DNA from: Candidatus Eremiobacteria bacterium
Lineage (GTDB): Bacteria > Vulcanimicrobiota > Vulcanimicrobiia > Vulcanimicrobiales > Vulcanimicrobiaceae
Reading direction: 5' to 3'
Length of the DNA: 64,000 bases
NCBI GenBank assembly: GCA_963758295.1
Contig: CAVWUU010000002.1
Span: 32,001 to 96,000, forward strand
Below are positions 31,428 through 45,345 of this stretch, in pieces; the stretch's first letter is position 1; each line of letters begins with the position of its first letter. A program made the translations under genes and the position numbers. Under the pieces are notes generated by a model. The model saw only the letters and a program-made list of their open reading frames with translations, searched no databases and was not told where the DNA came from.

Positions 31428-32951
31428 TTGCTGAGCGATTTGCCAGGCGAGCTGTTTGCAGGCCTTGGCGCGTTTCCGGCTGAGGAAGCGCCGGTCCAAA
31501 CAGAAGGTGGCTACTCTCAATCGATTGCGGCGCAGATTAGCCGTCTGTGCACCGACGCTTTTGCCGACTTTTGTGCGGTGTATTTGCGCGCGTCGGGACC
31601 CGAGCCGGTTGCCTTCGACGCGCGTACTGAGGGACTGCGCTCGGCGCTCGGCCGCCTTCCGTTCGATGATGTGTTTGAGGCCGCCGCGCACGCTGCCGGC
31701 ATCAGCACCGTCGTTTACGAACCGCTGGCCGTCAACGACCGCCGGATCGGCACGATCGTCACGGGCATGTCGGACGAAAAAGGGTTGGGCGCTGAAGGGC
31801 GTCGCAGCTTCTCGGTCGTTTCTTCGGTGCTCTCGATGGCCGTCGAGCAAGCTCAGCAGCTGGAGCACCACTACCGGGTTTCCAAACGGCTGCAGCGCGC
31901 AATGCTTCCGGCCCAGCTTGCGATTGTCGAAGGCGCCCGGTTCGACGCGGCATACCGGCCGGCAAGTGACGAAGCCGATGTCGGGGGCGACTGGTACGAC
32001 GCGTTCGACATAGGCGACGGCACAGTCGGAATTTCCGTGGGTGACGTGACGGGGCATGGACTCGAAGCCGCCGTCGCCATGAGTGAGATCCGCCGTGCCA
32101 TCCGCGCCGCCGCCGCGAGCCACGATTCGCCGGCAGCGTTGCTCAATTACGTGGACACCATGGTCGCCTCGCAGGGCATCGGCATGGCCACGGCCATCGT
32201 TGGCCTTTACGACCCGGAGAACAACACGCTCAAATATGCGAGCGCCGGACATCCAAATCCCGTGCTGCTCTCCGCGAGCGGGCGCGCGCTGTTCTTGCCG
32301 GGCGGCGGACTGCTGCTTGGACTGGGCATGAATCCGGCGTCGCAAGACTGGACGGTAACGCTTCCGCCGTCTTCGACGTGTTTTCTTTACACGGACGGAC
32401 TGCTGGAATATAGCCGCGACGTGATCGCCGGCGAACGGGATTTGCTGCGCGCCGTGGAGGCGCTGCACCGAGCGCCCGAACAAACCGCGGACGCGCTGCA
32501 CACGGAAATCTTCAACGGCTCAATCCAGAACACGGACGATTGCGCGACGCTCGCGCTGCATCACACGGAAGTGATGGATCGAAATCACTTCGTGCTGCAT
32601 TACAGCTCGTTTCCGCTTTCGGCAGCGCTCGCGCGCGAAGCATTGCGGTCATTCTTCAGCAACCTCGATCTATCGGAAGACCGCGGGTTCGAAATTCTTG
32701 CCGCCTCGGGCGAGGCCATCGCGAATGCGATCGAGCACGGCGAACACGAGCCTTCGAGCACGTTCGTCGTTGAAGGGTCGATCGATGAATCGTTCATCAC
32801 GCTCAGCATCGAGAATCGCGGACACTGGCGTCCGTTCGTAGCGCGGGAAGAGCGCGGCCGGGGCGTGCCGATCATGCGCGCGTGTTCGCAAGGATTCGAA
32901 ATTTCGTCCACGAGCGATTTCACGCGCGTGACGCTGACCTTCAAGCATTAG
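31428..32951 (+). CDS. SpoIIE/PP2C phosphatase fused to an RsbW-like anti-sigma ATPase domain
   Basis: LQRAMLP, VGGDWYD, GDVTGHG, YTDGL, DDCA; EAIANAIEHG..RGRGV. Confidence 0.92.
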   Translation: MLSDLPGELFAGLGAFPAEEAPVQTEGGYSQSIAAQISRLCTDAFADFCAVYLRASGPEPVAFDARTEGLRSALGRLPFDDVFEAAAHAAGISTVVYEPLAVNDRRIGTIVTGMSDEKGLGAEGRRSFSVVSSVLSMAVEQAQQLEHHYRVSKRLQRAMLPAQLAIVEGARFDAAYRPASDEADVGGDWYDAFDIGDGTVGISVGDVTGHGLEAAVAMSEIRRAIRAAAASHDSPAALLNYVDTMVASQGIGMATAIVGLYDPENNTLKYASAGHPNPVLLSASGRALFLPGGGLLLGLGMNPASQDWTVTLPPSSTCFLYTDGLLEYSRDVIAGERDLLRAVEALHRAPEQTADALHTEIFNGSIQNTDDCATLALHHTEVMDRNHFVLHYSSFPLSAALAREALRSFFSNLDLSEDRGFEILAASGEAIANAIEHGEHEPSSTFVVEGSIDESFITLSIENRGHWRPFVAREERGRGVPIMRACSQGFEISSTSDFTRVTLTFKH

Positions 32952-33945
32952 TAGACGAAGACGTTTGCGGCCGTGACGAGGCCGCCGCCGAACCCAATCT
33001 GTAAAATCGTATCGCCGCGCCGCACTCGCCCGTCGCGAATCGCGGGCACGAGCGCAAGCGGGATTGAAACCGCCGAAGTATTTCCATACTCGCTCACGCT
33101 GACGAGCGTCTTTTCCATCGGGATGTTCAGCCGCTTGTTCAGCGCTTCGATCATGCGCAAGTTCGCGCTGTGCGGCGCGAACCAATCGATCTCGTCGACC
33201 ATTTTCCCGGCGCGCTCCAGCGTACGAAACACGGTGCCCGGAATATTTTCCATCACCCAGCGATAGACGTCTTGCCCCTTCTGCCGCAGCTTGCCGGAGG
33301 GATCTACAACGCCGTTGATGTCGGTACGTAATCCGGTGCGGAACAACGCCGGGCCGCCGCTGCCGTCCACGCCCGCCGTCATGCCGAAAAGCTGCGGCGT
33401 TTCGCTACGCTCCAACAGTGCCACGCCGGCCCCGTCGCCGAAGAGCACCGCGGTCGCCCGATCGCTATAATCGGCCGAAAGCGACAACGCTTCCGATGCA
33501 ACGACGAGCACGCGTTCGGCTTGCCGGCTGGAAATGAGTCCCGCGGCCAAATTCACGGCATACGCAAATCCCGCGCACGTCGCGGAAATGTCGACCGCGC
33601 CAGCGTTGTTCGAAAGTCCGAAATGCAGCTGAATCATCGCCGCTAAACTCGGATACACGTAGTCAGGCGTCGTCGAAGCGACGATGATGTAATCTATCGT
33701 GGAGCGGTCGATGTCGGGATGGTGCGCGAAAAGATCGTCGATAGCCCCGAACGCGAGCGTGCTGGCGTACTCGCCTTCGCTCACAACATGGCGCTTATGG
33801 ATACCGGTGCGTTGAACGATCCACTCGTCGCTCGTATCCATCATGCGCTCTAAATCGGCGTTCGCAAGAACGCGCGGCGGAACGTAGATGCCGAAACCGG
33901 CGATGCGCGCGGGAGCCTCAATTCGCGCCGGCGCGCCGTTGTCCG

Positions 33946-33949
<4 letters not shown>
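32948..33949 (-). CDS. fabH: 3-oxoacyl-ACP synthase III
   Basis: DTSDEWIVQRTGI, ATCAGF, LFGDGAG, PHSAN, GNTSA, GFGGG. Confidence 0.93.
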
Positions 33950-35016
<1,067 letters not shown>

Positions 35017-35019
35017 CGC

Positions 35020-35580
35020 CTAATAAACGGTGATGCGCGAGGTATCTTCGGACGGCGGCTCTCCGCGCTGCGCGGTGCTCTCCCCGTTCGTACGCGATCC
35101 GCTCATGGCCTCATGCGCGGCCGGAAGCGGCGGCGTTGCCGTGTTCTCCAACAACGCCAGGTGGGTCGTCAGGATCGTGCGCAGTTCGCTCTTCGCTTTT
35201 TCGGCGGCTTCAGTCGTGCGCTGATGTTCGCGGCGTACTTCCGACATTGCGTCGTTGTAACTCGCGATCTCGCGTTCGGCCGCCATACGCGCCTGTTCGC
35301 GAATGAGGTCGGCTTCTTTGTGAGCCGAAGCCTTCACTTCGTCGGCGGTCCGCTGCGCCAGCAACAGCGTGTTTTGCAACGATTCTTCCATCGCCTTGAA
35401 ATGGCTGATTCGTTCTTTCAAGTCGGCGATGTCTGCTTCAAGTGCCGCGCGATGATGCGCGTCGTCCTCTAGCGTCTCGATGACTTCGTCGAGAAACTGA
35501 TCGACTTCCGTGCGATCGTAGCCCTGCAGCGCCTTTTTGAAGGTTTTATGCTGGATATCGATCGGAGTGATCTTTTCCAC
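35020..35580 (-). CDS. divIVA: DivIVA domain protein
   Basis: ITPIDIQHKTF...GYDRTEVDQFLD followed by coiled coil. Confidence 0.92.
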   Translation of the reverse strand: MEKITPIDIQHKTFKKALQGYDRTEVDQFLDEVIETLEDDAHHRAALEADIADLKERISHFKAMEESLQNTLLLAQRTADEVKASAHKEADLIREQARMAAEREIASYNDAMSEVRREHQRTTEAAEKAKSELRTILTTHLALLENTATPPLPAAHEAMSGSRTNGESTAQRGEPPSEDTSRITVY

Positions 35581-35587
35581 GATTCCG

Positions 35588-36001
35588 TTAGCCTCTATTC
35601 GTAATGAAGTCGAGTGAGCCGTCGGTCGTCATCGTGTCTCGAAGACCGGCAGCATTTACAACAACACCCGCTGGAACGATCAGATAGATCGCTTCGGCCA
35701 ATTTCTGAATCTTCCCATCGATGGTGTACGCGACACCCGACGTAAAATCGACCACGCGTTGCAGCAACGTGCGATCGGCGTTTTGGAGATTCACGATAAC
35801 GACTTGACGATTGCGTAGCGCGTCGGCGATTTCGACGACATCTTGAAAACCGCGCGGTGAATAGACGCTGACCTCGGTTCCGCTACGCCGTCCCGCATTC
35901 GAAAGTGGGACGACCCGGCCGCCCGCGGGTTCGTCGTCGTAGATCTCTTCTTCGTCATCGCGGATCGAGAAGAACGATCCAATCCTGTCGAACATGCTCA
36001 T
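35588..36001 (-). CDS. sepF: Cell division protein SepF
   Basis: IADALRNRQVVIVNL..RVVDFTSGVAY.IDGKIQK; synteny with yggS and divIVA. Confidence 0.92.
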   Translation of the reverse strand: MSMFDRIGSFFSIRDDEEEIYDDEPAGGRVVPLSNAGRRSGTEVSVYSPRGFQDVVEIADALRNRQVVIVNLQNADRTLLQRVVDFTSGVAYTIDGKIQKLAEAIYLIVPAGVVVNAAGLRDTMTTDGSLDFITNRG

Positions 36002-36018
36002 AGAAGAAGGTGCCTCCG

Positions 36019-36687
36019 TCACGCACGGCGCTCGCCGAAGAGCGCGGTGCCGATGCGGATCATCGTCGATCCGGCGCGCACTGCCTCGCGCCAATCGCCC
36101 GACATCCCAATTGAGAGCGTGCTTCCACCTATGCGGTCAAACGTCTTTGCGGCAAGGTCGAATGCGCGCGCGATTTCTTCGCGACTTTCCGTAATGGGAC
36201 CAATGGCCATCACGCCTTCCAGGCGCAGCCCCGCGGTCTCGCGGACAAGCCCGGCTAGGCGGTCGGCTTCCAAGGGCGGACATCCGAAACGCTCGGCGGG
36301 CGAAACGTTCAGCTGCAGTAGCACCGGCAGAAGGACGCCTGCGTTACTAGCCGCTTTGCCGAGGGCCTTCGCCGCGCCGGGCCGGTCGACGGTCTGCACC
36401 ACATCAAAGAGCCGCACCAGGGCCGCGGCCTTATTCGTTTGCACGTGCCCGATGTAGTGCTTTCGAACCGGCATGTCGATCGTGGCGAACTTTGCCGTCG
36501 CCTCCTGAACGTAGTTCTCGCCGATGTCGTCGAGGCCGGCGGCCGCCGCTTCCACGATCGCTTCGGCCGGCTGCTTCTTGCTGACGCCCAGGATGGCGAC
36601 CTGGTCGCCTGCCCGGCCGCATGCAGCTAGCTCGCGTCCGAGCTCGGCTCGCAGTGCGGCCAAACGGTCGCGCAGGGCGTCGGACAT
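36019..36687 (-). CDS. yggS: YggS family PLP homeostasis protein
   Basis: VSKKQ, GENYVQE, HYIGHVQTNK, LSIGMSGD, IRIGTALFG. Confidence 0.95.
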   Translation of the reverse strand: MSDALRDRLAALRAELGRELAACGRAGDQVAILGVSKKQPAEAIVEAAAAGLDDIGENYVQEATAKFATIDMPVRKHYIGHVQTNKAAALVRLFDVVQTVDRPGAAKALGKAASNAGVLLPVLLQLNVSPAERFGCPPLEADRLAGLVRETAGLRLEGVMAIGPITESREEIARAFDLAAKTFDRIGGSTLSIGMSGDWREAVRAGSTMIRIGTALFGERRA

Positions 36688-37526
36688 CAGGCCGCGGTCG
36701 CGGGGATCGTTACGTCCGTACGGCGTCCGCGGCGCAAGCAGTACACGAGGCCGATAATTCCGATGACGATCATGGGCATGGCGTAAAGCTGGCCGCCCGT
36801 GATGGGACCCAAGTGGAAATCGGCATACCGCCAGATCTCCGCAATTGTCCGGGTGATGCCGTAAATCGTGAACCATGTCCAGCCGACTACGCCGTCCGGC
36901 GGCCGCTTTTTATACACGTAGAGCACGATAGGAAGCGTGAGAATATCGAGGATAGCTTCGTAAATCTGAGCCGGATGCCGGTATGCGAGCGGATCTGGAG
37001 CCGTCGGAAACTGCAAGCACCAGGGCCGGTCGGGATTGCAGATATCGCCCCACAGTTCGTCATTGATGTAATTCACGATGCGCGTGAGCGTGATGCCGAT
37101 CGGCAACAGCACCACGACTTCATCGCCTAACACCGTGTATTTCAAGCCCGGGTGCTTGCGCACGAAAAGCCAGATCGCGATGAGGACGCCGACCATGCCG
37201 CCGTGGAACGCCATTCCGCCTTGCCATACGGCAATGAAATTGATCGGATTGGCGAGATACTGCGCGAGATCGTGCTTGCTGATGATGTCGTTGATGACGA
37301 AGAACGTTCGTCCGCCGATCAGCACGCCTAGGAGCGCATAGAATAGAAAATCCTGAATCTGCTCGCGCGTAAGTCCAAGCCGGCGCCGACCCTCCGGGCG
37401 GCTCATCCACAGATACACGCAGATAAACCCGACCAGATAGGCAATACCGTACCAATGAACCTTAATTGGTCCAAGGTGAATCGCCACCGGGTCGACATTT
37501 GTCGGATAGCTAAACCAGTGCTGCAT
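36687..37526 (-). CDS. lgt: Prolipoprotein diacylglyceryl transferase
   Basis: HWYG, IGGR, WQGGMAFHGG, RHPAQIYE. Confidence 0.95.
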   Translation of the reverse strand: MQHWFSYPTNVDPVAIHLGPIKVHWYGIAYLVGFICVYLWMSRPEGRRRLGLTREQIQDFLFYALLGVLIGGRTFFVINDIISKHDLAQYLANPINFIAVWQGGMAFHGGMVGVLIAIWLFVRKHPGLKYTVLGDEVVVLLPIGITLTRIVNYINDELWGDICNPDRPWCLQFPTAPDPLAYRHPAQIYEAILDILTLPIVLYVYKKRPPDGVVGWTWFTIYGITRTIAEIWRYADFHLGPITGGQLYAMPMIVIGIIGLVYCLRRGRRTDVTIPATAA

Positions 37527-37546
37527 CGAGTATCGTTAACTCTATC

Positions 37547-38278
37547 GTGAGCTCGACTTCACATATAACCGTCGGCATCGCGTTTCTCGCGGGCCTCGTT
37601 TCCTTCGTATCGCCGTGCGTCCTTCCGCTCGTTCCGGCGTACCTATCGCTTTTGACCGGTTCCAGCTTGGAAGATTTGCGCGAGGGCGCGAGCGCGTCGA
37701 CGCGCGCAAACGCCACGGCGCACGCCGGTGCATTCATCACCGGATTCACGATCGTCTTCGTTGCTCTGGGCTTAACGGCCAGCGCCATCGGCGGCGTATT
37801 GAGCGACAACCGCGTGCTCATTGCGCAGGTCGGCGGCTGCCTCGTTGTGATACTCGGGCTGCAAATGATGGGCATGCTGCGCATTCCCTTTCTTATGATG
37901 GATACGCGCGTCCATGTCCAAAGCGAACGGCGCACGTACTGGGCCTCGGGCCTTGTCGGCATCGCCTTCGCCGCCGGGTGGTCGCCATGCATCGGACCTA
38001 TTCTAGCGGGAATTCTGGCCATCGCGTCGCAGCAGCACAACGGCGAAGCGGCGATTCTGCTTCTTTGCTACTCCTTGGGCCTGGCCGTTCCGTTTTTCTT
38101 GACCGCACTTGCGGTGGGAGCGGTGCTGCCGGTGCTAAACCGCATCAAGCGGTTTCTGCCGGCGATCGAATTCGTCGCGGGACTGTTCTTGGTCGCAGTA
38201 GGGCTCGTGCTCGTAAATAACGCTTTCCTCACCGTCGCCGGATGGTTCTATCAATTTGTCCCGCAACCGAAGATTTAA
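37547..38278 (+). CDS. ccdA: Cytochrome c biogenesis protein CcdA
   Basis: SFVSPCVLPLVPAY, GWSPCIGPIL. Confidence 0.93.
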   Translation: MSSTSHITVGIAFLAGLVSFVSPCVLPLVPAYLSLLTGSSLEDLREGASASTRANATAHAGAFITGFTIVFVALGLTASAIGGVLSDNRVLIAQVGGCLVVILGLQMMGMLRIPFLMMDTRVHVQSERRTYWASGLVGIAFAAGWSPCIGPILAGILAIASQQHNGEAAILLLCYSLGLAVPFFLTALAVGAVLPVLNRIKRFLPAIEFVAGLFLVAVGLVLVNNAFLTVAGWFYQFVPQPKI

Positions 38279-38709
38279 TCCGACCATTATCATCCTGATC
38301 GTTGCCGCGATCGCTCTCGCGCTCGATCAGTGGAGCAAACGCGCTCTCATTTCATCCTTCATGCCGGGCGAAAGCCGCCTGGTGGTTCCGCGCCTGTTGC
38401 GCTGGACGTATGAAAGAAATTTTCACGGCGCGTTTGGGCTCTTCGGAAGCAACGGCGCGCTGCTCATTGCGCTCGCGGTAGCGGTCCTTTTCGTTTTTTG
38501 GCTGAGCTTCCGCGATTCGGCGGCGCGCTCGCGTCTCGTCTGCGTCGCGTTCGGCATGATCGTCGGCGGAGCGATCGGCAACATTCTCGACCGTCTGCAT
38601 TTCGGCTACGTCGTCGATTTCATCGACTTCTACAAAATTTGGCCGAACATTTTCAACGTCGCGGACTCGTGCATCACCGTCGGCGTAATTCTGCTGCTGC
38701 TCTCTAGCC

Positions 38710-38735
<26 letters not shown>
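38256..38735 (+). CDS. lspA: Signal peptidase II
   Basis: DQWSK, N.GAFG, GAIGNILDR, VVDFI, FNVADS. Confidence 0.95.
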
Positions 38736-40687
<1,952 letters not shown>

Positions 40688-40794
40688 GCGCGCCGCCGGC
40701 TATCGCGACAACTTCTTGCGGCACACTCCCACGTTTCGCGGGATGGGGAACGCGCCTACTGTGAATCCCGAACGGGTTCGGGTAACGTAGGCGT

Positions 40795-41463
40795 ATGCCG
40801 AAGATTTTGATGATCGTCACCGGCCATTCGCAAATCGACAGCGACCATCCGACCGGTTTGTGGCTTGAAGAGTTCAGCATCCCGTGGCGCGCGTTTCGCG
40901 ATGCGGGCTTCGAAGTAATGGTGACCTCACCCCACGGCGGCAAAGCGCCGATCGACCCGCGCAGTCTCGAAAACGCAGAGACCGACGAGGAAGCGATGCG
41001 GGAATTAGAAGCGACGAAGACGCTGCTCGAAGCCGGCGACGCGGAAACGTACGAAGCGGTATTCATTCCGGGCGGACACGGCACGATGTTCGATCTCGCT
41101 ACCTTTCAGCCCGTAAAAACACTGCTTAGCGAGTTCGATGCGGAAGGGAAGATCGTTGCGGCCGTTTGTCACGGTCCGGCAGCCTTCGTCGATGCAATTC
41201 GCACCGGCGAAGCGGAAACGCTCGTCGCAGGCAAACGCATCACGTGCTTCACCGACTCCGAGGAGCGTGGCGTAAAACTAGACAAGCTCATGCCGTTTCT
41301 CCTTGCTGGTAAACTGCGCGAGCAAGGTGCAACCGTAATTGAAAATGCCGACTGGGCCGATCACGTAGAGATCGACGGCAACTGGATCACGGGCCAAAAT
41401 CCACAATCAAGTGCGAGTACGGCGAAGGCCGTAATCGATGCGTTAAAAGGGCGAACCACTTAG
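40795..41463 (+). CDS. DJ-1/PfpI (type 1 glutamine amidotransferase-like) protein
   Basis: GLWLEE, PGGHG, AVCHGP, TGQNPQS. Confidence 0.93.
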   Translation: MPKILMIVTGHSQIDSDHPTGLWLEEFSIPWRAFRDAGFEVMVTSPHGGKAPIDPRSLENAETDEEAMRELEATKTLLEAGDAETYEAVFIPGGHGTMFDLATFQPVKTLLSEFDAEGKIVAAVCHGPAAFVDAIRTGEAETLVAGKRITCFTDSEERGVKLDKLMPFLLAGKLREQGATVIENADWADHVEIDGNWITGQNPQSSASTAKAVIDALKGRTT

Positions 41464-44253
41464 CCGAGGTCGCGCACGACCCCGGCGCAATCGCTACAAA
41501 TGGACGGATGTTGCGGGTCCGAGCCGAGATCCCGAAACTTCCAGCAGCGCGCGCACTTTTCACCGTGCGCGCCGAAGAGCTTGAGTTCCACTTGCTGCGG
41601 ACGCGCTTCGAACGACCCGTCTTCGACTTTGCTAAGGTGCAAGTGCGAAAGTACCAGCGCCTCACGCAGGTTGTCGCCGAGCGATTCGAGACGCGCGTAC
41701 AACGCCGGCGCCGCGAAAACCTCGCCGCCGAGTTCGAAGTCGCGGCCGCTCGGGTTTGCGGCCACTTGCGCGCGCAACGTTCGTAACACTTCCCACAGCG
41801 CCAGATCGTCCCGCAGCGCTTCGACTTTGATACGCGCCGCGTCGAATGACGAATCGAAAACGCTGGCTTCGTCGCCTCGCAAGTCAGCGGGAATCTCTTG
41901 CCACGCCTCTTCGGCCGTGAACGATAGGATCGGGGCGATCGCGGTCAACAGGCGGCGCAATGCATATAAGAGCGCCGACTGCGCGCTCCGGCGCCGCGAA
42001 TCGTTTTCAGCGCGCGAATAGAGCGGGTCTTTCAAGCGCATCGAAATAGAAACTGGACATAGCGCTCTCGAACTCTACGATGCGCAAGTACGCGTCGTGA
42101 ATCTCGAATCTGTCGTAAAGCTGCTTTACGTCGGCAACGAACGCATCGGTCACGTTGCAAGCCAGTGCGTCGAGCGGCTGCATTTGCGCTCGTGGAACGA
42201 CTTGCGACGGCGTGAGATCGTCCAAATTGGAGAGCATGAACCGGATGCGATTGCGGACGTTACGGTAAACGCGGCCGACCTGCTCGACAACGTTCGGGCC
42301 GAAGCGCACGTCGTCGACGAACTCCACCGACGCAGACCACAGGCGAAGCACATCGGCGCCCCACTTGTTCATGGCGTCTTTGGCGTCGATGCCGGTGCCT
42401 CTGGACTTCGACATCGGACGCCCTTGCTCGTCGTTCACCCAGCCGTTTTTCACGACGTGCTTGTACGAGGCAGCGCCTTTAACGGCCGTTGCAGTCACGA
42501 TAGAACTGCGGAACCACCCGCGGTATTGGTCGCCGCCTTCGAGCACGAGATCGGCCGGCCACGGTAATCCGTCGTGTCCCAGGACCGCGAGATGCGTGCA
42601 TCCCGACTCGAACCAGATGTCGACGATGTTGTACTCTTTTTCAAACGAGGTTCCGCCGCACTTCGCGCAGGCGAAGTTCTTTGGAAGGTACTTTTCGACC
42701 GGATCGCTCCACCATGACCCGGCGCCGGCTTCGACGAAGCGTTGCGCAGCGGTCCGCGCGATCTTCGGGTCGAGAATCGATTCGTTACACGCCTTGCATA
42801 CGACGGCCGGGATCGGCGTTCCCCACGTGCGTTGCCGTGAGATGCACCACTCGGGATGATTCTCGAGCATCTGCACGAGGCGCGTCTTGCCCCATTCGGG
42901 CGTAAAATCAACGCCTTCCGCCGCTTCGATAGCCCGCGCGCGAAGACGGTTTTGATCCATCGCGATGAACCACTGCGCGGTCGCGCGGAAGATCACGGGG
43001 TTGTGGCAACGCCAGCAGTGCGGATACGAATGTTCGTATTCGTGGGAGCGGAAAAGCGCGCCGCTCGCCTGCAGATCTTCGACGATGCGTTTGTTGGCCT
43101 TGAAGATGAACGTGCCTGCGTACGGCCCGGCTTCGCTCGTGAAGTGTCCCGACGCGTCGACCGGATTGAGAATCGGTAATCCGTACTTGATGCCGGTTTC
43201 GAAGTCGTCGGCGCCGTGTCCGGGAGCCGTGTGCACGGCGCCCGTGCCGGTTTCGAGATCGACGTAGTCCGCCAGCACGATTACGGAGTCGCGATCGAGG
43301 AACGGATGCCGCACGGCGAGCCCGTCGAGTTTTTCTCCCGTAGTAGTCGCAAGCAATTCGGCTTCCGCAAATCGTTCGCCCAGCGCTTGAGACGCAAGCG
43401 CCGTAGCGAGCACGAGCGCTTCGTCGCCTATACGGTACAGTCCGTAGGTCGCGTCGTGGCGCAACGCGATGGCAACGTTCGCCGGAAGCGTCCAAGGCGT
43501 CGTGGTCCAGATCAGGATCGACAGACCGGCGGGCGCATTTTCAACCGGTCCGAATGCCGCTTGCAGCGCCTCGCGCTGCGCTTGGCTCGCGCGAAAGCGA
43601 ACGTAAATTGACGGCGAAACTTTCTGTTCGTATTCGATTTCCGCTTCCGCAAGCGCGGTTTCGTCGTGAACGCACCACAGCGTCGAACGCAAGCCTTTAT
43701 AGATCTGCTCTTTCTCCGCGAGATCGGCGATGGCGTTCACGATAGCCGCTTCGAACGTCGGGTCGATCGTGCGGTACGGATGCGCGTAATCGCCGAACGT
43801 TCCCATGCGCATGCGCGTGTCGCGCTGGCGGTCTAGCCAGTAGAGCGCGCGTTCCTTACATTTCTCCCGAAGTTCAAGCGGATCTACCGCGTGGAAATCC
43901 TTGATGCCGAGATGCTTGAGCGTTTCCAGCTCGATCGGCAAGCCGTGCATGTCCCAGCCGGGAACGAACGGCGTCCACTTCCCATCGAGCAGCGCGATCT
44001 TCACGAACATGTCTTTGAGAACCATGTTCAAGAAGTGCCCCATGTGAAGCTCGCCGTTCGCATACGGCGGCCCGTCGTGCAGCACCCACGGATCGTTCTT
44101 CCGATTTCGCTCGAGGCGCTTTGCGAACGTGTCTTGCTCGGTCCACCACGCAACGCGGTCCGGCTCACGCTTCGGCAGCTCGGCCTTCATCGGGAATGCG
44201 GTTTTTGGCAAACGTAAGGTGTCGCGATAATCGCGTTCGACGGTTTCGCTCAT
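41460..44253 (-). CDS. ileS: Isoleucine-tRNA ligase (+1 frameshift near 42035, probably a sequence error)
   Basis: HDGPPYANG.HMGH, WTTTPWT, WCISRQR, PMSKS; C-terminal LKDPLY and CARCW zinc finger in the adjacent frame. Confidence 0.95.
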
Positions 44254-45333
44254 GACTCGCCCAACAGTTCGCCAAGGACGTCGAAATTTCGTTCAGCCGA
44301 CGCGCGGACCGGTTCAACGGCCGCTGCGAGGAAAGTCGAAAGCTCGTCGCGTTGCGAGACAAGTCGCTCGAGAAGCGCGTCGACGTCTCCCGGCAGCGGC
44401 GCGCCGTGCCCGGGCCTCCACAACGGATCCAACGGGTAAGCAAGGTCGGCGCAAAGCGAGCTCACTTTCGGATCGTAGGGAATCGCTAAAAACGGCACGG
44501 CAAACCTCGCAGCGATAATCAGTGCGTGCAAGCGCATGCCGATCACAACCCGTGCGCCGCGGATAACCGCAGCCGCGCGAGCGAGCGAACATTCCGGAAG
44601 AAGCATCGGGGCGGACGAACACGCACGGATGATATTCGTTGAGACCTCGGCGTCGGAAACGCCGCCAAGCGGCAAAAATGCGCTCGCGGATTCCGTACCG
44701 GTCGTGCAGCGCATCGACCGCCCGCACCAACGCGGCGGTGCCCTCTTTAAGCGCCGGAATCTTCCGCACGCTGATGATCGCGTACGGCTCCGGCGCGAGG
44801 CCTTCGGCTTGAAGATCGATCTCGTCCACCGGCAGATCGTATAGGAAAACCGGATCGGCTGTCTGTTCCACTGGCGTCCCCGGAAGGAGTGAATGCAATA
44901 GTTGAACCGACCGCGCATCGCGAACCGTTGCACGATCGACGCCTCGGCAGAAGCGCTTGACGATGAACCGCCCGAGCGTATCAAGCGGTCCGATGGATTG
45001 CGCGAAAATCATACTGCGCCGGCGTTGCTTTACGGCCTCACGCAAGATCGACGCATAGTAAAACGCGCTCCGCGCGCTCGTGGCGCTTTGCAGCAGGCCG
45101 CCTCCGCCGGAAAGAACGGCATCTGCCCTTGCGATGGATGCACGCACCTCGCGCCTATTCCATCGGGCCGTCGCGTCCACGCCGTACGTCTTCGCCGTTG
45201 CCTCCGGCGTTGCGGAAAGGACGTCGATCGTAATCCCGGGGAACCGGCGACGAATCTGCGCGACGATTACCTCGAGCAACGCTTCGTCGCCGAGATTTCC
45301 GAAACCGTAGTACCCCGAGAGCAGCACCCGCAT
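44250..45333 (-). CDS. csaB: Polysaccharide pyruvyl transferase CsaB (frameshift near 44686)
   Basis: SGYYGFGNLGDEA, SGGGGLLQ, AQSIGP, VRD, ADPV; second frame has GMRLHALI..YDPKV. Confidence 0.88.
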
Positions 45334-45345
45334 GGCGTGAAGTCG

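Noticed and set aside
42025..42045. Programmed frameshift or split ileS
   Set aside because: No slippery heptamer is evident and similar indels occur throughout the window, so assembly error is simpler.
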